A stretch of 64,000 nt of DNA. Origin: an uncultured Solirubrobacterales bacterium (lineage in GTDB: Bacteria > Actinomycetota > Thermoleophilia > Solirubrobacterales > 70-9). Numbering within the stretch: position 1 is the stretch's first letter; the number at the start of each line of letters is the position of its first letter. The stretch lies in contig CAWEWY010000003.1 in the NCBI GenBank assembly GCA_963812905.1, forward strand, positions 1,527,470 through 1,591,469, read 5' to 3'. A program made the translations under genes and the position numbers. The notes under the pieces were generated by a model. It was not told where the DNA came from. It saw nothing but the letters and a program-made list of their open reading frames with translations, and did not search any database. Positions 40,163 to 51,773 of the stretch are shown one piece after another.

Positions 40163-41465
40163 TCACGTTCGAGTGCCCTCCGCCTCCGGCTCGGTCTCGA
40201 CGTCGAGCCCGAACAGCTCGCGCAGGGCGCTGACGTAGAGGTAGGCCTCGTCGCTGCCGGCGGAGCGCTTCATCCGCAGGGTCGGCTCGTGCAGGAGGCG
40301 GGAGGCGATCGCCTTCGCCATCGCGCTGAGCCGCTCGCGGTCGGCCTCGCCGAGGCTCTCCCAGCGACCGTCGTTCTCGGCGAGGACGCGGCGCACGATC
40401 TCGTCGGCGCGCTCGCGCAGCGCGGCGATCGTCGGCACCACCTCGAGCGAGGCGAGCCAGCGCTCGAAGCGGTCCTGCTCGGCGTCGAGCAGCCGCTCGG
40501 CCCGCCGCGCCTCGGCCTCGCGGCCGCTGGCGTTGCGGTCGACGATCTGCTGCACGTCGTCGATGTCGTGCAGGCTGACCCCGGCGATCTCGCGGCAGGC
40601 CGGCTCGATGTCGCGCGGCACGGCGATGTCGACCAGCAGCAGCGGCCGCCCCTCGCGGGTCTTCATCACCTGCTCGAGCTCGTCGCGCTCGACGATGTGG
40701 TGGGGCGAGTTGGTCGCGGAGACGACGATGTCGGCCTGCTCGAGCTGCTCGGGCAGCTCCTCGAAGCGGACCGCGTTGCCCTCGAAGCGCTGGGCGAGCC
40801 CGATCGCCCGGTCGTAGTGGCGGTTGGCGACGAAGACGGTGGCGACGCCGCGGCTGACCAGGGCGCGGGCGACCAGCTCGGCCGTCTCGCCGGCGCCGAT
40901 CACCAGCACGCGCCGGTCGCCGAGGTCGCCGAGGGTGCGCCGCGCCAGCTCGACCGCGACCGAGGGGATCGAGACGTTCTTCTCGCTGATCCCGGTCTCG
41001 TCGCGGGCGCGGCCGCCGGCGGCGAGGGCGCCGCGGAAGAGGCGGTTGAGGATCGGCCCGGTGCCGCCCTCGACCAGGGCCAGCTCGTAGGCGCGCTTGA
41101 CCTGGCCCTGGATCTCGGCCTCGCCGAGGATCATCGAGTCGAGCCCGGCGGTGACGCGGAAGAGGTGGCGGACGGCCTCGCCGGAGCGCAGCGAGTAGAG
41201 GTGGCCGAGCAGCTCGGTCGGGCGGATCTCGGCCTGGCGGGTGAGCACGCCGAGCGCGGTCGACTCGGCCTCGACCGGGTCGGAGACGACGAGGTAGAGC
41301 TCGGTGCGGTTGCAGGTCGAGATCGCCGCCGCCTCGTGGATGCCGGCGACGTCGGTCAGCTCGCGCAGCGCGCCGGCCGCGCGGCCCTCGGTCAGCGAGA
41401 GCCGCTCGCGCAGGTCGAGCGGCGCCGTCTTGTGGGAGACGCCGAGGGCCAGGAGCTCAGCTCAT
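40163..41465 (-). CDS. hemA: Glutamyl-tRNA reductase (frame change near the N-terminus)
   Basis: …LLALGVSHKTAPLDLRERLSL… then ISTCNRTELY…; …VLVIGAGETAEL… NADPH-binding site. Confidence 0.8.
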
Positions 41466-41469
41466 CGGC

Positions 41470-41693
41470 GCTCACCTCCTCGCGCTCGGGCGCCGCCGCC
41501 TCGCGCGTTGGCCCGCTGCTCGGCGAAGCCGGCCAGCTCGCGCAGCTCGCGCTCCATCCGCTGCAGTTTCGCCGCCATGATCGCGACGTAGATGACGATC
41601 AGGAGCGACGAAGACGATGTAGGCGCCGGCGACGTACTTGCCGGCCTCGTCGAGCGGCAGCGCCGGCGCGCCGGCGAGCGGCAGGAGGTCCAC
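41470..41693 (-). CDS. ccmD: CcmD-like small heme-exporter protein (frame change)
   Basis: GTG start overlaps the ccmC stop; …KYVAGAYIVFVALIVIYVAIMAAKLQRMERELRE… after a 1-nt correction. Confidence 0.4.
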
Positions 41694-42418
41694 CTAGCTC
41701 ACCTCCGGGGCGATCCGCGAGCCGGCGCCGGGGGCCGGCGCGTCGAGGGCGCGGCGCAGCCGCTTGATCTGGCCCGAGGCGCTCTTCGCGGTCAGCTCGA
41801 ACTTGACCAGGGTCACCCAGAGCAGCGCCATCGCGGCCAGGCAGACGAGGAAGGTGAGCATCATCGAGCCGGGCAGGCCGCCGTTGGCGGTGGCGAAGAT
41901 GCGCGGGTGGACGAGGCTCTGCGCCATCCGCACGGCCATGAAGTTGAGCGGCACGAAGGCGCCGGCGGTGACGGCGAAGACCGAGGCGTAGCGGGCCTGG
42001 CGCTCGGGGTCCTCGATCGCGTAGCGGAAGGGGTAGTAGGTCGCGTACATCAGGAAGACGATCAGGAAGCTGACCAGGGTCGGCTCGTCCCAGACCCACC
42101 AGTGCCCCCAGGAGGCCTTGGCCCAGATCGAGCCGGTGATCAGCACGGCGACGCCGAAGATCACCGACATGTGGATCGAGACGTAGGAGTAGGCGTCCCA
42201 GCGCCGGTCGCCGCTGCGCAGGTGGAGGATCGCGAAGACGCCGCCGACGACGAAGCCGACCAGCGCCGATGATCGCCAGCGGCACGTGCAGGTAGAAGAT
42301 CTTCTGGATGAAGCCCTGGTCGGCGTCGAGCGGGGCGTAGAAGAAGACCAGCGAGAGCGCGGCGGCGATCGGCCACGACGGTCGCGATCGAGAGGGGTCT
42401 CAGTCCTTTGCCGTACAT
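41694..42418 (-). CDS. ccmC: Heme exporter protein C (WWD-domain protein; frame changes)
   Basis: [27 protein letters not shown] is the CcmC-type WWD motif; the N-terminal transmembrane region is in another frame. Confidence 0.6.
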
Positions 42419-42449
42419 GCGTTTCTCGCGGTGCGATGCGGCCTGCGCG

Positions 42450-43131
42450 CTAGTCCTCCAGGAGGAAGTCGAAGACCGCGTAGCCGACCAGGAGGAAGAT
42501 CAGATCGTATAGGGAGAGCACCGCCAGCCAGGTGCCGAAGCGGTGGTAACCGGGACCGCCCACGGCCAGCAGCGGCTCGCTGGCGCCGGTCGCGGCGATC
42601 ATCAGCGGCACGACCAGGGGCAGCAGGACGAGCGGGCCGAGCAGGTCGCGGGCGCGCGAGTGGACCGCCATCGAGGAGATCAGCGTGCCGGTGGCGGCGA
42701 TGCCGAGGTCGGCGAGGACGAGCACGGCGAGCGAGCGGCGGCAGCGCCGCGGCGGAGCCGAGGAAGAAGAGGGCGAAGATCGGCACCACGACCAGCTCCA
42801 GCACCAGCAGGTAGGCGAAGAGCGCCGTCGCCTTGGCGGCGAAGAGGGCGCTGCGGTCGATCGGGGCGAGGCGGATCGCGTCGAAGCCGCCCTCCTCGCG
42901 CTCGGCGACGAAGAGGCGGTTGACGCCGAGCAGGGCGGCGAAGAGCAGCGTCGCCCAGAGCACGCCGGCGGCGAGGCTGCCGGAGAGGCTGGTGCGGTCG
43001 AGGCCGAAGCGGAAGATGACGAAGGTGGTGGTGGCGAAGAGCGCCATCGCCGGCAGCGACTGCAGGGTGCGCAGCTCGGCCCGCAGGTCCTTGGCGAGGA
43101 TCGTGGCGAAGGCGGTGCGGGACGGCGTCAC
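42450..43131 (-). CDS. ccmB: Heme exporter protein B (ABC permease; frame change)
   Basis: …[13 protein letters not shown]…[35 protein letters not shown]… resembles E. coli CcmB; the C-terminus is in the frame of ORF 42450..42725. Confidence 0.6.
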
Positions 43132-43140
43132 CGCTCCCTT

Positions 43141-43180
43141 CCGGTGCGCTTTATGTAGCATGGGGGCAAAAGGCCACCGG
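43141..43180. repeat. REP-like family R copy, degenerate right arm, between ccmA and ccmB
   Basis: ccggtgcgctttatgtagcatgggggcaaaaggccaccgg. Confidence 0.6.
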
Positions 43181-43189
43181 AAGCTCATC

Positions 43190-43856
43190 GGACCGCCACC
43201 TTGCCGCCGGCCTCGAGCCGCAGCACCTGGTCGGCCTCGGCTTCGAAGCGCTCGGGGTCGTGGCTGACGATCGACGCGGGTGCGCCCCTCGCCGGGGCCG
43301 ATCAGCGCCCGCGCCAGCTCGCGGCCCTCGGCGTCGAGGTTGGAGTCGGGCTCGTCGAGCAGCAGCAGCTCGGGCTCGTGCAGGACGCAGCGGCAGATCG
43401 CCAGCCGCTGGCGCATCCCGGCCGAGAGCTCGGCGACGCGCTCGTCGCCACGGCGCTCCATCGCCGACCGCGGCGAGCAGCTCGGCGATCCGCGCCTCGG
43501 CGGCCTCGCCGCGCAGCCCGTGCAGGCGGGCGTGGAAGCGCAGGTTCTCGCGGCCGCTGAGGTCGCGGTAGAGCAGCGGCTCGTGGCCGAGGAAGCCGAT
43601 CCGCCCGCGCAGCTTCCAGGCCTCGTCGGGCAGCGAGCAGCCGAGCGCCCGCACCTCGCCGCCGCTCGGCCGCAGCAGGGTGGCGAGGATGCGCAGCAGC
43701 GTCGTCTTGCCGGCCCCGTTCGGGCCCAGCACCAGCAGCGTCTCGCCCCGCGCCAGCTCGCAGCCCGACCCCGTCGAGGGCGGTCCGTTCGCCGTAGTCG
43801 CGGCGCAGCCCGGCGAGGCTGAGCGCCGGTTCGTCTGTCGCCTGGCCGGGCTCCAC
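43190..43856 (-). CDS. ccmA: Heme exporter ATP-binding protein A (ABC ATPase; frame changes)
   Basis: [22 protein letters not shown] (Walker A), LSGGEQRR/LLLLDEP motifs across frames; the C-terminus …[13 protein letters not shown] has its stop overlapping the ccmB ATG. Confidence 0.6.
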
Positions 43857-43909
43857 TGCGGGGATTGTGAACGTCTAGGCTGCCGCGGCACATCTCCCAA
43901 GGAGGAACG

Positions 43910-44314
43910 AATGAGCAGGACCAAGAGGGCAGGGGCAGCACTGGCAGCACTGATCGGGGCCATCGCGCTGTTGGCGAGTCCCGGCCGTGGCGAGCCAGCC
44001 GGGCCAGACGGTCAAAGTGCCGTCGACGTTGCAGATCAGCGCCTACGGCTACTTCGGCAAGGTGAAGTCGCCGAACTCGAACTGCCTCGCGCGAACGCAC
44101 GGTGGTGCTGAAGCAGCAGGGCCACGGCGTGCTCGGCAGCGACACCTCCGACGACAAAGGTCGCTGGAAAGTCGACCTCGAAGACCTGCATTTCAAGGGG
44201 AAGCTGCCGTTCAAGATCTACGCCGAGCTGAAGCCGATCACGCAGGCGACGGCAGGGCCGATCTACAAGTGCTCGGGAGCGACCTCGAAGACGATCACGA
44301 TCAGCGGCGGCTGA
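43910..44314 (+). CDS. Small secreted hypothetical protein (two frame changes)
   Basis: GGAGGAACGA RBS then ATG; signal peptide [25 protein letters not shown]…; ends …[15 protein letters not shown]; a hairpin gctcacggt…accgtgagc follows. Confidence 0.4.
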
Positions 44315-44356
44315 GCCGCATACGGGGTTGGGTCGCTCACGGTACGCTTTGAAAAC

Positions 44357-45093
44357 CGTGAGCGATCAGCCCCCGATCCTGAACGAGGTCGACACCTACG
44401 GGCCGGCCTACATGCGCGTCGCCGAGCAGCTCGGCCGCTACGACGGCAACGAGGAGGAGGCGCCGCTGGCGATCGAGCTGCTCGGCCTCTCTGCAGGGCG
44501 ACCGGGTGCTCGACGCGGGCTGCGGGCTCGGCCGCTTCGTCGCCGCCCTGGCCGAGCACGGGATCGACGCGGTCGGGGTCGACATCTCCGAGATCGCGAT
44601 CGCCGAGGCCAAGCGCGTCTACCCCGGCCCGACCTACTACGTCGCCGACCTGATGCAGCCGCTGCCGCCGGAGCTGCGCGGCTTCGACGGCCTCGTCAGC
44701 CTCTCCTCGAGCTTCGGCTTCGGGGCGACGGTCGCCGAGGACGAAGCGATGTTGCGCGCCTACCACGACGCGCTGCGGCCGGGCGGCAAGATGGCGATGG
44801 AGCTCTCCGACCTCGAGCGCTCCCGCCACCGGCTGAAAACCGACGAGGGCGTGGTCGAGCGCGAGACCAACGGGGTCAAGGAAACCCTCGACGTCGACTT
44901 CTCGACCGGGATGCTGCACGTCCACTACGTCTACGGCGACGACGTGGTCGACTCGCGCATCCGCATGTACGAGGCGGACGACCTTCAGCGGATGGCGGAA
45001 GCGGCCGGCTTCCACGACGTCGAGCGCTACGGCAACTTCGCCGGCGGGCCGAAGCGGCCCGAGGATCGCCTCGTGCTCGTGGCGACCGCATGA
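44357..45093 (+). CDS. Class I SAM-dependent methyltransferase (frame change near 44500)
   Basis: VLDAGCGLGRFVAALAEHGIDAVGVDIS… is a motif I. Confidence 0.6.
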
Positions 45094-46352
45094 CGGCACG
45101 CGGCGCGGCGGTCGTCGTCGACGCCTACTCGACCGGGGCGCGGCTGGCGCCGCGCTTCGCCGCCGCCGGGATGCCGGTCGTCCACGTGCAGAGCAGCCCG
45201 CGCCTGCCCGATTTCTACGCGCGCGCCTTCCGCGACGGCGACTTCGTCGAGAACGTCGTCCACGACGGCGACCTCGAGGCGACCGCGGCCCGGGTCGCCG
45301 CGCACGACCCCGCCTTCGTCGTCGTCGGCGCCGAGCCGGGGGTGCCGCTGGCCGACGCGCTCAGCGAGCGGCTCGGGCTGCCCACCAACGGCAGCGAGCT
45401 GAGCGCCGCGCGGCGCGACAAGAACGCGATGACCGAGGCGCTGCGCCGCGCCGGCCTGCGCACGGCCGAGGCGCTGAAGACCGCCGACGCGGGCGAGGCG
45501 GTCGCCTGGGCGGCGGAGCGCGGCGGCGCCCCCGTCGTGGTCAAACCGCTCGACAGCGCCGGCACCGACGGGGTCAGCATCTGCGCGGACGCCGCCGCGA
45601 TCGAGGCCGCCTTCGCGGCGAACCTCGGCCGGCCCAACGCCCTGCACGGCGCCAACGAGGAGCTGCTCGTCCAGGAGCTGCTGCAGGGCACCCAGCTCTT
45701 CGTCAACTCGGTCAGCTGGGACGGCGTCCACCACGTCTCCGAGGTCTGGCGCGACAACAAGCTGCGCGCCGGCGCCAACTTCATCTACGACTACGAGGAG
45801 CTGCTGCCGCGCCACGGCGAGCAGCAGGACCAGGTCGTCCCCTACGTCGAATCGGTGCTCGACGCGCTCGGCATCCGCTTCGGCCCGGCTCACACCGAGG
45901 TGATGCTGACCGCGACCGGGCCGGTGCTGGTCGAGTCGGGCGCGCGCATGCACGGCTCGGTCCCCGACGAGATCGTCGACCGCTGCACGCCCAGCCACCA
46001 GACGCTGACCGCCGAGGCCTACCTCGACCCGCACTCGGTCGCACGGCGCGCCCAGCAGCCCTACGAGCTGGCGGCGGGCGCCTACTGCGTGATGCTGATC
46101 TCCCAGCACGAAGGGCAGATCGTCTCCGACGCGGGCATGCGCGAGATCGAGGCGCTGCCCTCCTTCGCCGGCACGATCTCGATGCTCGGCCCGGCGACCA
46201 GCTGCAAACGACCGATTGACCTCTTCTCCTGCCCGGGGATCATCTACCTGGTCGACCCCGACCGCGGGCGGCTCAAAGCCGACTACGACCGCATCCGCGA
46301 GCTCGACGCCACAGGCGCCGTCTTCGAGCTGGAGCAGCTCGTCACTTCCTAG
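45090..46352 (+). CDS. ATP-grasp-domain ligase
   Basis: Its ATG overlaps the methyltransferase stop (ATGA); …GAPVVVKPLDSAGTDGVSIC…ELLVQELLQG… is an ATP-grasp core. Confidence 0.7.
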   Translation: MTARGAAVVVDAYSTGARLAPRFAAAGMPVVHVQSSPRLPDFYARAFRDGDFVENVVHDGDLEATAARVAAHDPAFVVVGAEPGVPLADALSERLGLPTNGSELSAARRDKNAMTEALRRAGLRTAEALKTADAGEAVAWAAERGGAPVVVKPLDSAGTDGVSICADAAAIEAAFAANLGRPNALHGANEELLVQELLQGTQLFVNSVSWDGVHHVSEVWRDNKLRAGANFIYDYEELLPRHGEQQDQVVPYVESVLDALGIRFGPAHTEVMLTATGPVLVESGARMHGSVPDEIVDRCTPSHQTLTAEAYLDPHSVARRAQQPYELAAGAYCVMLISQHEGQIVSDAGMREIEALPSFAGTISMLGPATSCKRPIDLFSCPGIIYLVDPDRGRLKADYDRIRELDATGAVFELEQLVTS

Positions 46353-46375
46353 AGAGCTGACGGCGGTGAGCCGGG

Positions 46376-47976
46376 TCAGCCGCCGCGCTTGCGCAGGGTG
46401 CGGCGGCCTACCTTGAGCAGGGGGCCGGCGCCTTCGCGCAGGGCCTTGGTGCGGACCGCGCCCTTGCCGTAGAGCAGCTTCGCCGAGGCCGCACCGCTTC
46501 GCCGAGGGTGCTCGTCGTAGGGGTGCCACCAGAAGTCGCGGGTCAGGCCCGGCTCCCAGGAGTTCATCTTCACGTTGACGCACTCGTAGAAGCCGAATTT
46601 GGAGTGCGAGCGGCCGACGCCGGAGTCCTTGACGCCGCCCCAGGCGCACTGGCAGGCGCCGTGGCTGAAGGAGTGGTCGTTGACCCAGACCATGCCCGAC
46701 TCGATCCGCCGCGCGATCCGCTCGCCCTTCTGGCGGTCCTTGGTCCAGACCGAGGCGCCGAGGCCGAACTCGGAGTCGTTGGCGAGGTCGATCGCCTCCT
46801 GCTCGGAGTCGACGACGACGATCGGCAGCACCGGGCCGAAGATCTCCTCGCGCATGATCCGCATCTCGTGCGTGACCCCGGTCAGCACGGTGGGGGCGAC
46901 GTACTTGCCGGGGAGGCCGGGGACGTCGGTCGGGCCGCCGCAGAGCTTGGTCGCGCCGGAGGCGACCGCGTCGGCGATCAGGTCGACGACGATCTCGTAC
47001 TGGCCCTCGGAGGTCATCGGGCCGATCTCGGTCTCCCACTGCATCGGGTCGCCGAGGCGCAGCTTCTCGGCCTCGCGGGCGACGCCCTCGACGAAGCGGT
47101 CGGCGACCTCGCTGACGACGTAGACGCGCTCGATCCCCGAGCAGGTCTGGCCGGCGTTGGCGAAGCCGCCCCAGACGGCGCCGGAGATCGCGTTGGGCAG
47201 GTCGGCGTCGGCGCAGACGATCATCGGGTCCTTGCCGCCGAGCTCCAGGACCGAGCCCTTGAGGCTCTCGGCGCAGACCTCGCCGACCTTGCGGCCGACC
47301 TCGACCGAGCCGGTGAAGAAGATCTTGCCGGCGCTGGAGCGGGCCAGCGCGTCGCCGACCGCGCCGCCGCCGTGGACGACGCGGATCAGGCCCTCGGGCA
47401 GGCCGCCCTTCTCGAAGACGCGGCGGATCGCCTCGCCCAGCAGCGGCGTCAGGCTGGCCGGCTTGAGCACGACGCCGTTGCCGGCCATCAGCGCGATCGC
47501 GACCTCGCCGAAGGGGATCGACCAGGGGTAGTTCCAGGGCGCGATCACGCCGACGACGCCGATCGGCTCGTAGGAGAAGCGGCTTTTCTTGGTCATCAGG
47601 AAGGACTGGCTCATCCGCACCTTCTCGTCGGCGAGGATCTTCGGCCCGGCCTTGGCGCACCAGTGCAGGGCGTCGACCGTCGGCAGCAGCTCCATCGTGT
47701 AGGCCTCGGCGCGCGGCTTGCCCTGCTCCTGGACGAGCAGCTCGGCGATCTCGTCGATCTCGTCGAGCAGCGCGTCGGCGGCGCGCTTCATGTAGCGGGC
47801 GCGGTCCTGCAGCGACAGCTCCGCCCAGGCGGGCTGGATGCGGGCGACGTCGTCGACCACTGCCTGGACCTGGTCCGGGGTGATCGTGGCGACCGAGCCG
47901 ACCAGCTCACCGGTGGCGGGGTTGAAGGACTCGAGGGTGGACTGGGCGGGGGGCGCTCTGCGTAGCGGTCTCCATG
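46376..47976 (-). CDS. NAD-dependent aldehyde dehydrogenase (frame change near the N-terminus)
   Basis: …VVLKPASLTP…ELGGKDP…FANAGQTCSGIERVYV… are catalytic Glu/Cys motifs. Confidence 0.8.
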
Positions 47977-48007
47977 CCGTCGATTGTAGGTGGTGTGGGG
48001 GTGACGG

Positions 48008-48127
48008 GGGAGGTCTTCCGAGAACCCATGCGCCGCCAGAGGCGGCGCAATCGAGTGCCGCTTCGCGGCTGAGAATCACCTTGCCGGGGGCCGCTTCGCG
48101 AGGTTCCCGGAAGACCTCCCCCGTCAC
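48008..48127. repeat. ~120-bp element with 27-bp terminal inverted repeats and an internal palindrome
   Basis: ggtgacgggggaggtcttccgagaacc … gcgccgccagaggcggcgc … ggttcccggaagacctcccccgtcacc. Confidence 0.65.
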
Positions 48128-48243
48128 CCGACAAGCGCCTCCAGCTCACCCGGTCATACTCAGCGTGCAAGTGGCCGACCGACTGTTCGACACTGGCGAG
48201 ACCCGCCCAGGCTGAGGTTCCAGCTTCTGACGCTCCTCTGGCC

Positions 48244-49501
48244 GTGCGGATGCGGCCGCGGAGCTTGGATGAGCTTGTCGGGCAGGAGCACGTGCTCGGC
48301 GCCGGGCTCGGCGCTGCGGACCGCGATCGAGTCGGGGCATCCGCACAGCGCGATCCTCTATGGGCCTCCGGGGGCTGGGAAGACGACGCTGGCGCGGATT
48401 GCTGCGGCCGGGGCCGAGGGGGCGTTTGAGGAGGAGTCGGCGGTCAATGCCGGGCGGGCTGAGATCCGGGCGGTTATCGAGCGGGCTCGGGAGCGGCGGC
48501 GCGGGAGCGGGCGCCCGACGGTGCTCTTTCTCGACGAGATCCATCGCTTCAACAAGGCTCAGCAGGACGCGCTGCTGCCGGCGGTCGAGGAAGGGCTGCT
48601 GACGCTGATCGGGGCCACGACCGAGAACCCTTACTTCGAGGTCAACTCGGCGCTGCTCTCGCGCTGCCAGATCTATGAGCTGCGGCCGCTTGAGCCGGGG
48701 CAGGTGGAGGAGCTGTTGCGGCGGGCGCTCTCCGACTCCGAGCGCGGGCTGGCTGAGCCGCCGCCGGTCGAGGACGCGGCGCTGGCGATGCTGGCGCACC
48801 GCAGCGGCGGCGACGCCCGGGTGGCGCTCTCGGCGCTGGAGCGGGCGGTCGAGCGCTCGCGGGGTGAGCCGATCGACGTCGCCGCGATCGAGGACGCGCT
48901 GCAGCGCAAGGCGCTCGACTACGACCGCCAGGGCGACCGCCACTACGACTTCGTCTCGGCCTGGATCAAGGCGACGCGCGGCTCCGACGTCGATGCCTCG
49001 CTCTACTACCTGGCGGTGATGCTGGAGGGTGGCGAGGACCCGCGCTTCATCGCCCGCCGCATGGTCATCCTCGCCTCCGAGGACGTCGGCAACGCCGATC
49101 CGCAGGCGCTGCTCGTCGCCGACGCCGCGGCCCGCGCGGTCGACCGGGTCGGCCTGCCCGAGTGCGCGCTCAACCTCGCCCAGGCCGCCGTCTACCTGGC
49201 GCTGGCGCCGAAGTCGAACGCCTCCTACAAAGGCCTCGGGGCCGCCCGCGGCGAGGTCCGCGAGAACGGGGCCAAGACGCCGCCCGACTACCTGCGCGAC
49301 GCGCACTACCCGGGCGCGAAGACGCTCGGCCGCGGCGAGGGCTACCGCTACGCGCACGACGAGCCCGGCGGCGTCAGCGACCAGCAGCTGCTCCCCGAGG
49401 GCCTCGAGGACCGCCGCTTCTACACGCCCACCGACCGCGGCTTCGAGGCCGAGCTGGGCCGGCGCCTGGAGGCCTTGCGCAAGAAGCTTCGCGACGACTG
49501 A
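48244..49501 (+). CDS. rarA: Replication-associated recombination protein A (AAA+ ATPase); frame change near 48300
   Basis: [19 protein letters not shown]…[18 protein letters not shown]…[23 protein letters not shown]. Confidence 0.8.
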
Positions 49502-49575
49502 TCCAGGCGCAACTTTCCCAAGGGCACGTGTTTCATAGGGCGGCTTTCCAAGCTAGAGCCAGGGAGAGCCGACAC

Positions 49576-49612
49576 ACCGGCCGGAGGCCTGGACTGGGGG
49601 CCTCCGGCCGGG
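49576..49612 (+). terminator. GC-rich hairpin downstream of rarA
   Basis: ccggccggaggcc-tggactggg-ggcctccggccgg. Confidence 0.45.
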
Positions 49613-49708
49613 ACCTAATAGGGACACACAGGGGGGAACGATGACCGCGCCTATCGGGCGCAGTCACCGCGTACGGGGCGGCTTCCCGCCTCCTCTATCG
49701 TCCGTTGC

Positions 49709-50505
49709 ATGGCTTCGGAGAAGCTGCGACTCGGCGGGATGGCGCTTCGCAACGGGCTGCTGATCCACGGGCCGACCCACTGGGCCGCGGCGGTGCGCGG
49801 TCCCGACGGCTCGGTTCAGGTCGCCTCGGAGCCGAAGCCGGAGCTGGCGCCCGGGCTGGCCGCGCGGGTCCCCGGCCTGCGCGGGCCGCTGAAGCTGGCC
49901 GAGGCGCTGGCGGTGCTGCCGCTGGTGCGGCGGCGGCTGCCGGCGGCCCGGCTGCCCTTCGAGGACCGGCGCGTGCTGGCGGCGATCGGCGACGACGCTG
50001 GTCGCGACCGCGGCGCTGCGCAGGCGCTTCGGCAGCTCGGCCCTGCGCGAGGGCGTCGTGCAGGCGATCGGCGCCGTGCCGGCCTTGGTCGCCCTGCTCG
50101 ACCGCGACCTCGCCGCCTACCACGGGGTCGAGCACAAGGCGATCGCCGCCTACGAGCAGGGCATCGACGACCCCGCCGGCGTGCCCAAGGAGCACGACCG
50201 CTGCGGCTCCAACCTGCTCGCCCCGATGATGCTGCTCTCGGCCGGCGGCACCGTGCTGCTCGAGCGCCTGGTCGACAGGCCGGGGCCCGCCGCGCGCGCC
50301 GTGGTCGGCCTCGGCGGCGCCTCGATCGCGGTCGAGATGTTCGCCTGGAGCGATCGCCACCACGGCGACCCGCTGGCCGAGGCCTTCCACACGCCCGGGC
50401 CGCGAGATCCAGCGCCTGCTCGCGACCAAGGAGCCGACCCCCGAGCAGCTCGAGGTCGGCGTCGCCGCCCTGGCCGAGATCCTCCGCGCCGAGAACGCCG
50501 CGTAG
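49709..50505 (+). CDS. DUF1385-family protein (frame changes)
   Basis: MASEKLRLGGMALRNGLLIHGPTHWAAAVRGPDGSVQV is the DUF1385 signature; stop TAG at 50503-50505. Confidence 0.55.
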
Positions 50506-50515
50506 ACTGCCGCCC

Positions 50516-50929
50516 GTGTTCGGACGGATCGACCACATCGGCGTCGCCGTCGAGGACCTCGACGCCGGCATCGCGCTCTACGAGAAGAGCTTCGAGATGG
50601 AGCTCGCGCACCGCGAGACGGTCGAGGAGCAGGGCGTCGAGGCGGTCCTGCTCGACGTCGGCGAGGGCCACGTCGAGCTGCTGGCGCCGCTCGGCCCCGA
50701 GACCCCGGTCGGCAAGTTCCTCGCCCGCAAGGGCCCGGGCCTGCACCACGTCGCCTACGCGGTCGACGACATCGACGCGACGCTGGAGCGGCTGGCGGCC
50801 GCCGGGATCGAGCTGATCGACAGCGAGCCGCGGGTCGGCATCCGCGACAGCCGCGTCGCCTTCCTGCACCCGCGCTCGACCGGCGGCGTGCTGACCGAGA
50901 TCGTCGAACCCGCAGAAGGAGGGCACTGA
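50516..50929 (+). CDS. mce: Methylmalonyl-CoA epimerase (VOC/glyoxalase-family)
   Basis: VFGRIDHIGVAVEDLDAGIALYEKSFEMELAHRETVEEQGVEAVLLDVGEGHVELLAPL…GPGLHHVAYAVDDID. Confidence 0.7.
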   Translation: MFGRIDHIGVAVEDLDAGIALYEKSFEMELAHRETVEEQGVEAVLLDVGEGHVELLAPLGPETPVGKFLARKGPGLHHVAYAVDDIDATLERLAAAGIELIDSEPRVGIRDSRVAFLHPRSTGGVLTEIVEPAEGGH

Positions 50930-51156
50930 TGGCGGACGCGCAGAAGGTGGAGATCGGCTTCGAGGGCGGCCAGGTGATCTCGGTCCGCCTCAGCGAGGAC
51001 GAGCTGAAGGACCTGCGCAAGCAGGTCGAGAAGGGCGGCTGGCACGACGTCAAGACCGAGGACGGGATCCTCGCGATCTACGTCGGCAAGGTCTCCTTCC
51101 TGCGCATCGACTCCGGCGAGCACCGGGTCGGCTTCTCGCTCAACCGACCGGACTGA
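50929..51156 (+). CDS. DUF3117-family small protein, conserved in actinobacteria
   Basis: MADAQKVEIGFEGGQVISVRLSEDELKDLRKQVEKGGWHDVKTEDGILAIYVGKVSFLRIDS. Confidence 0.6.
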   Translation: MADAQKVEIGFEGGQVISVRLSEDELKDLRKQVEKGGWHDVKTEDGILAIYVGKVSFLRIDSGEHRVGFSLNRPD

Positions 51157-51773
51157 TGCGCCCGCGCAGGCTCCTCGGCGCTGCCGCCCTGGCGACGCTG
51201 GGCGCGGCGCTCTGGTGGCGCAAGAACCCCTCGGCCTGCCCCTACGGCCAGCGCTTCTGGGTCGAGGCGCCGCACCCGATCGTCACCCGCGACCGCCTGC
51301 GCTCCGTCCTGCGCCCCGAGCCCGGCGAGCGGATCCTCGAGATCGGCCCCGGCACCGGCTACTACACCCTCGACATGGCCGAGTGGGTCGGCCCCGAGGG
51401 CAAGATCGAGATCTTCGACCTCCAGCAGGAGTTCCTCGACCACACGGTCGGGCCGCGCCGACCGAGCGGGGCCTCGCCAACGTCGTCCCGACCCAGGGCG
51501 ACGCCACCGCGCTCCCCTACGAGGACGACTCGATGGACGCCGTCGTCCTCACCGCCGTCCTCGGGGAGATCCCCGACCCGGTCGCCGCCCTGCGCGAGAT
51601 CGCACCGGGTCCTCAAGCCCACCGGCCGCCTCATCGTCGGCGAGCTCTTCGGCGATCCCCACTTCACCACCCAGGCCGCGCTCAAGCGCCAGGCCGCCGA
51701 AGCCGGCCTCGCCTGGGAGACCCACTCCGGCAACTGGTTCGCCTACTTCGCCCGGCTGGCGCCTGGACACTGA
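51156..51773 (+). CDS. Class I SAM-dependent methyltransferase (frame changes in the middle)
   Basis: ERILEIGPGTGYYTLDMAE is a motif I; the C-terminus …VLKPTGRLIVGELFGDP… is in frame with the start. Confidence 0.55.
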   Translation: MRPRRLLGAAALATLGAALWWRKNPSACPYGQRFWVEAPHPIVTRDRLRSVLRPEPGERILEIGPGTGYYTLDMAEWVGPEGKIEIFDLQQEFLDHTVGPRRPSGASPTSSRPRATPPRSPTRTTRWTPSSSPPSSGRSPTRSPPCARSHRVLKPTGRLIVGELFGDPHFTTQAALKRQAAEAGLAWETHSGNWFAYFARLAPGH

